Shown one piece after another: positions 1 through 8,076 of a stretch of DNA of 32,000 nt (positions are counted from its first letter, which is position 1; the number at the start of each line of letters is the position of its first letter). The DNA is from Candidatus Caldarchaeum sp. GTDB taxonomy: Archaea; Thermoproteota; Nitrososphaeria_A; Caldarchaeales; Caldarchaeaceae. The translations under genes and the position numbers were made by a program. Below the pieces are notes generated by a model. That model did no database searches, had not been told where the DNA came from, and saw nothing but the letters and a program-made list of their open reading frames with translations. The stretch is from positions 231,432 to 263,431 of the forward strand of contig JAVZZH010000001.1 in assembly GCA_038885755.1 (NCBI GenBank). The letters are read 5' to 3'.

Positions 1-1449
1 GTCTTCCTAGTCGTCGGCGGCCTGCTGGCGCTTCTCATGAGGTGGGAGCTTGCAACCCCGCGGGGAGGTTTGTTCACGCCAGACATGTACGCCAGCCTCT
101 TCACAATACATGGCACGTTGATGGTTTTCTTCTGGGCCATGCCGATCTTCGCAGGCTTCGGCAACTATCTCATCCCCAAGATGATAGGCGCTCCCGACAT
201 GTATTATCCCAAGCTGAACGCTCTGAGCTTCTGGCTGTTCCTGTCAGCCGGAGTGATTTTGCTGACGAGCTGGGCGAACATAGGGTGGACAGGCTACACA
301 CCGCTGTCCGTCATAACCCCTAACCCGGGCATAGACCTCTGGATACTCAGCCTGCACGTTGCTGGAACTTCTTCGATGATAGGCTCGCTGAACTTCATAG
401 TAACGGTCTGGAGGCTGAGGAGGAGCGACATAGGGCTCTGGAGGATGCCGCTGTTTGTATGGTCTTGGGTGGTCACAGCCTTCATTATTATATTCGCCGT
501 TCCTGTGATCGCGTTCGCCCTAACTCTTCTTCTGCTAGACAGAAACCTAGGAACCGGGTTCTACCTTCCGAGTGCAGGAGGAGACACAATCCTCTGGCAG
601 CACCTGTTCTGGTTCTTCGGACACCCCGAGGTTTACATACTCGTCCTCCCAGCCATGGGCATCGTTTCTGAGCTGATCCCGCGCTTGGTGAAGAAACCCA
701 TAGTCGGATACAGGATGATAGCCCTATCGTCTGTGCTGATAGCCGTCCTAAGCTTCGGCGTCTGGGCCCACCACATGTTCACCACAGGTCTTTCACCGCT
801 TACTCTCGCGCCCTTCATGATTATGACGATGATGGTAGCCGTGCCTTCAGGAATCAAAGTCGTCAACTGGGAGGCGACGATGTGGGGTGGAAAGATTAGG
901 TTCAACACGCCTACTCTGTTCTGCATAAGCTTTGTAGGAACATTCATAGTGGGCGGCATAACGGGAGTGTTCCAAGCATCCATCCCAGTCGACTGGCAGC
1001 TGCAGGACACTTACTGGGTCGTAGGCCACATGCACTTCATCCTGTTCGGAGCGATAAGTCAAGCCGCCTTCGCAGCAACATACTACTACTTCCCATACCT
1101 GACTAAGAGGATGTACAGCGAAACTCTTGGAAAGATCCACTTTGCAACAGCCAACATAGGCCAGTATCTTGTATTCATGTCGATGATGGTTCTCGGGTTG
1201 ATGGGCATGCCGAGAAGATACTACGGCTACGTTGAAGTCTACCAGCCCTTGCACGTCGTTGCAACCATCGGAGCCATGGTGATAGGCATAGGTACAGCGA
1301 TCTTCCTTCTGAACATCCTGCTCAGCTGGAAGTACGGGCCCAAAGCTTCTGACGACCCCTGGGACTCGGTCAAGAACAACATGCCGGACTTCTTGGGAGA
1401 GTACCTGAACAGGCAGCAGCTTACGGCGAAAGCTGACGGAGCAGGATGA
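1..1449 (+). CDS. Heme-copper (cytochrome) oxidase subunit I, 5' end truncated by the window edge
   Basis: Frame 1 is open from base 1 (the track lists 37..1449). The protein is polytopic and hydrophobic, with hallmark motifs WFFGHPEVYIL, WAHHMFTTG and VVGHMHF (heme/CuB histidine ligands). Confidence 0.93.
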   Translation, partial: VFLVVGGLLALLMRWELATPRGGLFTPDMYASLFTIHGTLMVFFWAMPIFAGFGNYLIPKMIGAPDMYYPKLNALSFWLFLSAGVILLTSWANIGWTGYTPLSVITPNPGIDLWILSLHVAGTSSMIGSLNFIVTVWRLRRSDIGLWRMPLFVWSWVVTAFIIIFAVPVIAFALTLLLLDRNLGTGFYLPSAGGDTILWQHLFWFFGHPEVYILVLPAMGIVSELIPRLVKKPIVGYRMIALSSVLIAVLSFGVWAHHMFTTGLSPLTLAPFMIMTMMVAVPSGIKVVNWEATMWGGKIRFNTPTLFCISFVGTFIVGGITGVFQASIPVDWQLQDTYWVVGHMHFILFGAISQAAFAATYYYFPYLTKRMYSETLGKIHFATANIGQYLVFMSMMVLGLMGMPRRYYGYVEVYQPLHVVATIGAMVIGIGTAIFLLNILLSWKYGPKASDDPWDSVKNNMPDFLGEYLNRQQLTAKADGAG

Positions 1450-1453
1450 TGAG

Positions 1454-1708
1454 ATGTCGTTGTCGAGCAAGCTTGAGGACGCCGTCAAAAGATACCAGAC
1501 GACCAGTGTAGTGCTGGCCATACTGGTCCACTTCTTCATATTCATCACAGCGATACTAGTCATCGTGGTGCTGAAGCAGCCGCTCGTGGTTTTCATAGCG
1601 ACACACGCCACGCTGCAGACAGCGACAATACTCAACGCATTATTCGGCCATAAGGTTTACCGGAAATATCTAACCGCGCGGCTCGCACGCAACGTCAGGA
1701 TCTCTTGA
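1454..1708 (+). CDS. Small (84 aa) membrane protein with two hydrophobic helices; possible accessory oxidase subunit
   Basis: Starts 4 nt after the oxidase subunit I stop on the same strand. Contains two long hydrophobic stretches. I recognise no family. Confidence 0.5.
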   Translation: MSLSSKLEDAVKRYQTTSVVLAILVHFFIFITAILVIVVLKQPLVVFIATHATLQTATILNALFGHKVYRKYLTARLARNVRIS

Positions 1709-1721
1709 AAGGTGATGGCTG

Positions 1722-2633
1722 TTGGTTTTCGAAACAGTTGCACGCATAGTAAAGCCGTTTATCGTGGCGGTGAAACACCTCTTCTCCACACCGATCACCG
1801 TCAAGTATCCCTACGAGAAGATCGTCAACACCACGGGTGAACACTACCGATACGACCCGAAAGCCGGCATAGCCTACCCGGGCTTCAAAGGCAGGCACAT
1901 CCTCTACCTTGACAAATGCACGGGCTGCAGCCTCTGCGACATAGCCTGCCAGAACATAGCCGAGGCCATCATAATGGTCTACGGCTTCAACGTAAGCATT
2001 AAGTTCGGCAAGGAGTTCATGGAGGGTTTCAGGTCGGGCGACAAGACTGCTGTGGAGTTTGTCGAGAACCTTACCACGGCCCTCTACTCAGGCGGGCGTG
2101 GAGCTGGCTTCAACTCACACCCGGTCCAAGACGTAGCTTGGACAGATTTCAGAGCGATCCAGCCCTCCGAGGATGGTTATCTGTGGAAGCTCAACGCCGA
2201 GCCTTTGTTTGCATACAGGTCTGAATACATAGTCGAGACCTACCTGCAGAAATTCTTCGACTGGCTCAAGTCGGCGGGATGGGCTGAGGAAGCGTTCGAG
2301 GTTCAGGGTGCCGACAAGGAGGATGAGTACCATAGGTTTTCGAAAGACCGCTACCAAGTTGTTTTGGCCCTAACGAAGATCGATGAAAAGATGGCGCACA
2401 ACAAGAAATCCTACTTCCCAGCAGTCGATTACAGCCGCTGTGTGTTCTGCGGTTTCTGCGTGGACGCCTGCCCGTTCTACGCTTTGGAGATGATGCCCGA
2501 CTACGAGCTTTCAGCCATGGACAGAAGGTCTCTCCTGTACAGCCCGAAGCAGCTGGCCAAGCCCGGCGTCTCAACAGCCCCGGCTGAGATAGGCTGGTTC
2601 GACAAGCTTGTAATGGCTTTGAGGGGATGGTAG
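1722..2633 (+). CDS. nuoI: NuoI-like 2x[4Fe-4S] ferredoxin subunit of NADH:quinone oxidoreductase, with a large internal insertion
   Basis: The N-terminus VKHLFSTPITVKYPYEK matches the NuoI/Nqo9 signature. Two CxxCxxCxxxC motifs are present (CTGCSLCDIAC at aa 66-76; CVFCGFCVDACP at aa 240-251), separated by about 163 aa. Confidence 0.75.
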   Translation: MVFETVARIVKPFIVAVKHLFSTPITVKYPYEKIVNTTGEHYRYDPKAGIAYPGFKGRHILYLDKCTGCSLCDIACQNIAEAIIMVYGFNVSIKFGKEFMEGFRSGDKTAVEFVENLTTALYSGGRGAGFNSHPVQDVAWTDFRAIQPSEDGYLWKLNAEPLFAYRSEYIVETYLQKFFDWLKSAGWAEEAFEVQGADKEDEYHRFSKDRYQVVLALTKIDEKMAHNKKSYFPAVDYSRCVFCGFCVDACPFYALEMMPDYELSAMDRRSLLYSPKQLAKPGVSTAPAEIGWFDKLVMALRGW

Positions 2634-2989
2634 TGTCTCACGAGCTCTCCCCGAAGGAGAGGCCTGAGCTCGTCGAGCTGCATGAGGGGCTCAGGAGCCT
2701 CGTCAAGGCTTTACGATCTTTTCTAGACACGGAGGACTATGGCTGGCTTAAGAAGGCCTTTGAAGTCCATCAGAAGCTTGTGAGCAACAAGCATTATCAG
2801 GGCTTGTCTGGAAGGCTCGACCTCGACAACAATCTCAGAGCCATGAACCAAGTCTACCTAGCCTACGGAGAGAAGTCGGATGACTTTACGCATGGACGGC
2901 TTCTCGACCAAGTTGTGTACACCATCGTAAGGGCTAACATCATTTCGACGGGGCTTGAGTTCAAGCTCAAGCGTATGAGGAAGGGCTAG
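2627..2989 (+). CDS. Hypothetical protein (120 aa), translationally coupled to the nuoI-like gene
   Basis: Its ATG overlaps the nuoI-like stop (ATGGTAG, 7-nt overlap). The composition is helical. I recognise no family. Confidence 0.55.
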   Translation: MVVSHELSPKERPELVELHEGLRSLVKALRSFLDTEDYGWLKKAFEVHQKLVSNKHYQGLSGRLDLDNNLRAMNQVYLAYGEKSDDFTHGRLLDQVVYTIVRANIISTGLEFKLKRMRKG

Positions 2990-4017
2990 GCTGTCAGGGT
3001 GGGCAGGTAGACTGTTAGGCTTACGATGAACAGGTTTATCAGGGCCAGCGGTATCAGAACCCTCCACCCGAGGTCTAGGATCTTCTTCATCGTAATTCTT
3101 GTGTAAACTCCTCTGAAGAGCAGCACTATCGACAGCAAGACTAGGAACTTGACGAACACCCAGAACGGATGTGCTATCGTCTCCGGGACCCCGGGAAGCA
3201 TCGGCCCGTGCCAGCCTCCCAGATAGAGGTTGACCGTGAGGAAGATCAGGGCGTCGAGCTTGGTGTACATGGCTAGCTGGATGGTCAAGAACCCGACGGA
3301 CCCGTACTCCACCATCCAGCCTTCCACAAGCTCCTGCTCGGCCGTCGGCAGGTCGAACGGAATCCGCTCAGCCTCGCTCAGAGCCGCTATGAAGAAGACT
3401 AGAAACCCGATGACCTGCGTTATGATGAACGGCACTGCGTACTGGGAGTTGACGATTTCGACGATGTCGAAAGACCTAGCCACAATTATAACGCCTGTGA
3501 GGGCTAGGAACAGCGGTATCTCGTATGCGAAAACTTGGAAGGCGAACCTTATCATGCCTATGAAGCTGTACTTGCTTCCCGAAGCCCATCCAGCAATTAT
3601 GAATGGGATAGGTGAAACAGCCAGCAGAAGGAATATCAACAGCACGCTGATGTCCGACCTGTAAATCACCCAGTATTCGCTGAAAGGTATGAAGGCGAAG
3701 AGGAGGGCCGATAACACGAGGGCGGCCATCGGCATGGTGATGAAAAGCTTTCTCCTAGCCCGTGATGGAATGATGTATTCTTTCGAAAGAAACTTGAGTG
3801 CGTCTGCAACCACCTGCAGCCATCCGCCGTACTTGCCGACGTGGAAAGGCCCGATCCTAAGCATCACACGTGCCAAGAGTTTTCGCTCATACCAGACCGA
3901 GAGGATGCCTAGGACGGCGACGAACGTTGCTCCCGGGAAAATTGCCGCCTTGACGAAAGGCTCGCTTGCGACGAAGCGAATTACTTGGTCAAGGGGTGGA
4001 GGTACCGGGACTACCAT
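2986..4017 (-). CDS. nuoH: NADH:quinone oxidoreductase subunit H (NuoH/ND1)
   Basis: Contains ERKLLARVMLRIGPFHVGKYGGWLQVVADALKFLSKE, the classic NuoH N-terminal signature. The protein is a polytopic membrane protein. Confidence 0.92.
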   Translation of the reverse strand: MVVPVPPPLDQVIRFVASEPFVKAAIFPGATFVAVLGILSVWYERKLLARVMLRIGPFHVGKYGGWLQVVADALKFLSKEYIIPSRARRKLFITMPMAALVLSALLFAFIPFSEYWVIYRSDISVLLIFLLLAVSPIPFIIAGWASGSKYSFIGMIRFAFQVFAYEIPLFLALTGVIIVARSFDIVEIVNSQYAVPFIITQVIGFLVFFIAALSEAERIPFDLPTAEQELVEGWMVEYGSVGFLTIQLAMYTKLDALIFLTVNLYLGGWHGPMLPGVPETIAHPFWVFVKFLVLLSIVLLFRGVYTRITMKKILDLGWRVLIPLALINLFIVSLTVYLPTLTA

Positions 4018-4020
4018 GTC

Positions 4021-4377
4021 TCACAGCCTCTGGGGAAGGTCCTTAAGGCTGAGGGCTGCGAAGATGGATGAAGCGCTCAGCACTCCAAGCAGGAGCACGA
4101 GGTTGAAGGCGTACTGTGGATTATCTATGATTGCTAGGGCTGAGATGAAGACGGCTATCGAGAGGACGGCGTAAGCCACGTAGATGATGGCGTAGGGGAA
4201 GTATTCTACGGGGAAGGAGGTTTCAGCCCACTCGAAAGGAACCTGACCGCTTTCGAACGAAAGCCTCTTCCTCCTCGTCCCCCTGCTCGACGAGAGGAGC
4301 TTGTTGGCCAGAAGAAGTATCAGGGGAAGCGCCGCCGTCAAAACCGTGTAGTAGATCAGCGCCTCGGTCTGCGACAT
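4021..4377 (-). CDS. nuoA: NADH:quinone oxidoreductase subunit A (NuoA/ND3)
   Basis: 118 aa with three hydrophobic helices and a FESGQVPF...FPVEYFPYAIIYV motif resembling the NuoA YECG...F loop. Lies 3 nt upstream of nuoH. Confidence 0.85.
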   Translation of the reverse strand: MSQTEALIYYTVLTAALPLILLLANKLLSSSRGTRRKRLSFESGQVPFEWAETSFPVEYFPYAIIYVAYAVLSIAVFISALAIIDNPQYAFNLVLLLGVLSASSIFAALSLKDLPQRL

Positions 4378-4413
4378 CGGTGATAAGCCGAGCGGCGATT
4401 ATTTAAATCTGCG

Positions 4414-5868
4414 TCAACGAGGCTCGAGAGCTGTTTTGAGGCTGAGATACTGCTTTATGTCCGAGACGGGAACCCTCTCCTGCTTCATCGTGTCTCTGTC
4501 TCGGATTGTTGCGGTGTGGTCTTGAATGGTCTGGTAGTCGACTGTGATGCAGTAGGGCGTACCTATCTCGTCCTGTCTTCTGTACCTCCTTCCGATGCTG
4601 CCGCTTTCGTCGTAGAAGACGTCGAAGTCCAGCTTTAAGCTCTCGTAAACGGATCTGGCGTAGCTGACCAGCGGAGGCTTGTCCATCAGAGGGAACACGG
4701 CTGCGGTGTATGGCGCTAGGTAGGGATGGAGCTTGAGGACTGTTCTCTCGTTTTCGACTTTGTAAGCTAGCTCCAGCAGGGCTAGAATGCTCCGGTCAAC
4801 ACCCATCGAAAGCTCGAAGACATGAGGGACTATGCTCACGCCGTCCTCGACAACACTCAGGTCAGCACCGCTCTCACGCGCGTGGCCGTTCAAGTCGTAA
4901 TCTGTCCTGTTGTTGCAGGCCACGAGCTCCACCCATCCCGAGCCGAGCAGCACCTCAAAATCCCACGCCTCAGCCGCGTAGAACGCCTTCTCGTCATCCC
5001 CCAGCCTCCTAAACCTAATCCTGTCGAGGGGGAAGCCAAGAGCTAGGTAAAAATCCTGAAGAAGCGACAGGTAGTAGGCTGTGAGCCAGCTAGACACCAG
5101 CCCGGACTCGACGGCTTCGCTGCACTTGACGAGGCTCACCCTGTCGTCAACCATGAGGTTGAGCAGCTTGTCCTTAACAGCTTCAGCCTTCGAGCCGTCA
5201 GCTATATTCGGGTTGTAGAAAACCTCTACCTCGGCCTGCGTGAACTCCCTCAACCTGAGCAGCGACTGTCTGGGGGAGATCTCGTTCCTGAAGCTCCTGC
5301 CTACCTGCGCAACCGCTATCGGTAGTTTCCTCCGCGATATCTTATAAATCCTCTGAAAATCCACGAAGATGTTTTGACATGTCTCGGGCCTCAGGTATGC
5401 ATCCTCGCCCGCCGCTCCCACCGAGACTTTGAACATCATGTTGAAGAGCGAGACCTTACCCAGACTTCCGCCGCAGAGCGGACATTTGAAACCTGTACGC
5501 TCTATGATCGAATCTATCTGCTCCGGCGGAGTTCTCTCGGGGACTTTCAAGCCAGTCTTCTCCTCGATAAGCCTGTCTATCCTGTGCACCGCGCCGCAGG
5601 ACGAGCATCTGCTTATAGGGTCTACGAAGGTGGTGAGATGCCCTGAGGCGGCGAAAACCCCTCTGGGAAGGATCTGCGACCCGTCTATCAGTATCATCTC
5701 GTCCCTTCGAACCAAAAGCCTGTGCCATGCCGAAATATACTTCTGCTTCATCAACACCCCGAGATGCCCGTACTCCCAGAACCCTGCGGGAGAGTTAGGA
5801 TATATCTCAGCCGAGGGGAAGAAAAAACCTCTCTCGAGCCCGAGCTTTATCACCTCTTCAAGACCCAT
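4414..5868 (-). CDS. glyS: Glycine--tRNA ligase (archaeal/eukaryotic-type class II GlyRS)
   Basis: N-terminus RGFFFPSAEIYPNSPAGFWEYGHLG, plus the motif-3-like and anticodon-domain region GSIGRRYRRQDEIGTPYCITVD. The 484-aa length is typical. Confidence 0.93.
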   Translation of the reverse strand: MGLEEVIKLGLERGFFFPSAEIYPNSPAGFWEYGHLGVLMKQKYISAWHRLLVRRDEMILIDGSQILPRGVFAASGHLTTFVDPISRCSSCGAVHRIDRLIEEKTGLKVPERTPPEQIDSIIERTGFKCPLCGGSLGKVSLFNMMFKVSVGAAGEDAYLRPETCQNIFVDFQRIYKISRRKLPIAVAQVGRSFRNEISPRQSLLRLREFTQAEVEVFYNPNIADGSKAEAVKDKLLNLMVDDRVSLVKCSEAVESGLVSSWLTAYYLSLLQDFYLALGFPLDRIRFRRLGDDEKAFYAAEAWDFEVLLGSGWVELVACNNRTDYDLNGHARESGADLSVVEDGVSIVPHVFELSMGVDRSILALLELAYKVENERTVLKLHPYLAPYTAAVFPLMDKPPLVSYARSVYESLKLDFDVFYDESGSIGRRYRRQDEIGTPYCITVDYQTIQDHTATIRDRDTMKQERVPVSDIKQYLSLKTALEPR

Positions 5869-5883
5869 CTTTCCAGCACCGTT

Positions 5884-6573
5884 TTAAAGAACTGTCTTGC
5901 CGCAGTTGGGGCACGTACCGTTAATGTTTACGTATGCCTCTGCGCACCCCTGATGAAACACGACCCCGCAGCTGCTGCATCTAACAGCGTTCTCGGCCGT
6001 GACGGTTGTGTAGCATATGGGGCAGACCGTTTCATCCTCAACGTTTTCAACCCTCTCCAAGCTGGTCTCCTCCGGAACCGACGAACTCGTCAACGGCTCC
6101 TGCTCCCCGTAGTACTGGGGATACGGAACCTCGACCCTCTGCGGCCTCGTCAGGACAACCACGAGCCCCAAAGCCATCAGAACCACGGCCGTGAACAGAG
6201 CTGCGAAGAAGCCTAGGTCAGGTTCTCCGGAGACGTTGAGCCTCGGCAGCGCAACCATGCTGAGGTACACGGGTGAAAGCAAGGCGAGGACGCCTCCTAG
6301 AATCGAGAAAGCCGCTAGGATGATTCTCACCGTCCCAGCCCGCGACGAGAAGGATGTGGCGAGAAGCGAGAGGCCTGCGAGCATTCCGCCGGCTACTGAA
6401 AACATCAGGGTCTCGGTCAACAGATAACCGCTCAGAAGGCTTCTGGAAACAGTGTCAGCCCTTACCACGTACCAAGGCAGCAGAAGAGTAAGGATGTGCA
6501 TGCTCCCAACTAGCGCAAGCAAGGAGCCGAGCTTGAAAAACCTTACCAAAAGCCGTTGCTCGGAGACTATCAT
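5884..6573 (-). CDS. Membrane-anchored protein with a C-terminal C4HC3 RING-type zinc finger (candidate membrane E3 ligase)
   Basis: About four N-terminal hydrophobic helices are followed by an acidic linker and then CPIC-x11-CSSC-x4-H-x2-C-x10-CPNC. This spacing is identical to the small finger protein at 7846..8076. Confidence 0.8.
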   Translation of the reverse strand: MIVSEQRLLVRFFKLGSLLALVGSMHILTLLLPWYVVRADTVSRSLLSGYLLTETLMFSVAGGMLAGLSLLATSFSSRAGTVRIILAAFSILGGVLALLSPVYLSMVALPRLNVSGEPDLGFFAALFTAVVLMALGLVVVLTRPQRVEVPYPQYYGEQEPLTSSSVPEETSLERVENVEDETVCPICYTTVTAENAVRCSSCGVVFHQGCAEAYVNINGTCPNCGKTVL

Positions 6574-6702
6574 TCCGGCTTAAAGCCTGTGAAAAGCACC
6601 TTATAAAAACATGTCTCTGGAACTCCCTCGAGTCGTTTAGCGAGATTGTCGGTTTTTCCCGTAGCAGTAGGGTTTATAACCCCGTAAAACGCTGAATGTG
6701 CC

Positions 6703-7536
6703 ATGGGCCTGCTTTCCAAGCGCGGCGACAACATGGTCGACCTCCGTAAAGAGGTTGCCGCTTTAAGGGTGCAGTTAATCGACAGGATGGAGGAGAGAAT
6801 AGGCCTTGTCGAGGAGGCTTTGTCGAAGCTCAAGGAGGATGTTAGGCTCGTCCTAGACCAGTTTTCGGCTCCACACAAGATAATGGTAAACATGCAGGAG
6901 ATCCTTGCACGTGGAGCTGTCCTCAACGAGACTCTCGACGAGTTCAAGGCGGCTACAGAGGAGCTGAAGGCTATGCGCAACAGCGTGCAGGAGATGACTG
7001 AAGCCTTGATGAGGGAGAGGGAGCAGCTTGCGAAGGAGATGCAGAGGTATAAGGCTGAGAGAGACGGTTTGAACGCCTTGAGGGAGGAGGTTTCCAGATG
7101 GAGGGCCGAGCTTGAGCAGAAAGAGCGTCAGATCGCAGAGGCTCAGGAGACGCTTAAAACTCTTCTGAGGAAGAAGGAGAGCTTGGAGGAGGAGGTCCGG
7201 ATGCTGAGCGATAGATACTTGACTTCTTTCGATGATGCTCAGAAGAAGCTCGAGGCATACGGGAGGGAGATGGACAAGATGTTCAAACTGAGGGAGATCA
7301 GGATGGAGAGGTTGATTCGTAGGGAGAAAGAGCTCGAGGACAGACTGGCTGCGTTGGAAAACAGCAAGTCAGAGGCTGAGAAGCTTATTGCTTTCGCTAA
7401 TAAGCTGAAGGAGGAGGTGAGCAAGCTGGAAGCCTACAAGGAATCGCTGTCAAACGAGATATCTCAGATGGAGAAGAGGAGGGCTGAGCTGAACGAGCTG
7501 ATAACTGAGATGAGGCGGGCATTCCTCACTTCATAA
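6703..7536 (+). CDS. Long coiled-coil protein (277 aa), function unknown
   Basis: E/K/R/L-rich heptad-like sequence runs throughout. A TATA-like TTTATAA at 6673-6679 lies about 27 nt upstream of the ATG. Confidence 0.75.
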   Translation: MGLLSKRGDNMVDLRKEVAALRVQLIDRMEERIGLVEEALSKLKEDVRLVLDQFSAPHKIMVNMQEILARGAVLNETLDEFKAATEELKAMRNSVQEMTEALMREREQLAKEMQRYKAERDGLNALREEVSRWRAELEQKERQIAEAQETLKTLLRKKESLEEEVRMLSDRYLTSFDDAQKKLEAYGREMDKMFKLREIRMERLIRREKELEDRLAALENSKSEAEKLIAFANKLKEEVSKLEAYKESLSNEISQMEKRRAELNELITEMRRAFLTS

Positions 7537-7842
7537 CTTCAGAGCCTTCTTTATCTGAGCAACTGTCGCAGACAACTCTCCCAACGCGTTTAGAACATCT
7601 CTCATGTCGTCTGCAAGAATAGTGAGCTGGTCCTCGATATCCCTCAACTTCTTCTCGAAGCCTTCGGGAGGTTTTTCCTCTCTCTGCAGCGAGTTGATTT
7701 TGGCGTTGACTTTTTCGATTTCCTCGAAAACCTCGACAAGTAGCTCAGCTAGCTGCTTGACTCCCTCAAACCGTGCAACAGGCCCCTTCGGCGTCTCCAG
7801 AAAGTCCAGTTCTACCACCTTCTCGTTTTTCTCCTCCGACAT
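7531..7842 (-). CDS. Small acidic helical protein (103 aa), last gene of the ubiquitin-like operon
   Basis: The ATG lies 3 nt after the RING-finger gene stop and is preceded by GGAGGAGTGA (Shine-Dalgarno-like). I recognise no family. Confidence 0.7.
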   Translation of the reverse strand: MSEEKNEKVVELDFLETPKGPVARFEGVKQLAELLVEVFEEIEKVNAKINSLQREEKPPEGFEKKLRDIEDQLTILADDMRDVLNALGELSATVAQIKKALKL

Positions 7843-7845
7843 CGC

Positions 7846-8076
7846 TCACTCCTCCACGATCGTTCTCCGGCAGAGGGGGCAGGTCTTCCTGATAAGCAGC
7901 CAGTCGTCGAAGCACGTCATATGACCTACAGCCCCGCAGTGAGGACAGCTGTAGATTTTGTCGTTCGACAGCTCCAGCCCACAGATTACACACAGGCCTG
8001 TCCTCTCCTTCTTCTCAGACACGGCTTCGAACGGGTTCCAGAAGCCCGCGTTAACTTCCTTGACCACTATCTTCAA
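7846..8076 (-). CDS. Small RING-type zinc finger protein (candidate E3 ligase)
   Basis: 76 aa with C29-x2-C32-x11-C44-x2-C47-x4-H52-x2-C55-x10-C66-x2-C69 (cross-brace C4HC3 pattern). The TTG start at 8076 (alternative GTG at 8067) overlaps the E1 3' end. Confidence 0.85.
   Translation of the reverse strand: MKIVVKEVNAGFWNPFEAVSEKKERTGLCVICGLELSNDKIYSCPHCGAVGHMTCFDDWLLIRKTCPLCRRTIVEE

Noticed and set aside
847-1635. 262-aa minus-strand ORF
   Set aside because: It is entirely antisense to the strongly supported oxidase subunit I gene and the small TM gene. Its composition is odd (Cys/Ser/Val-rich) and I see no motif. It is a typical shadow ORF.
3230-4174. Two plus-strand ORFs (144 and 161 aa)
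   Set aside because: They are antisense to nuoH and nuoA, which have clear family signatures. Their R/S/T/M-rich translations look non-coding.
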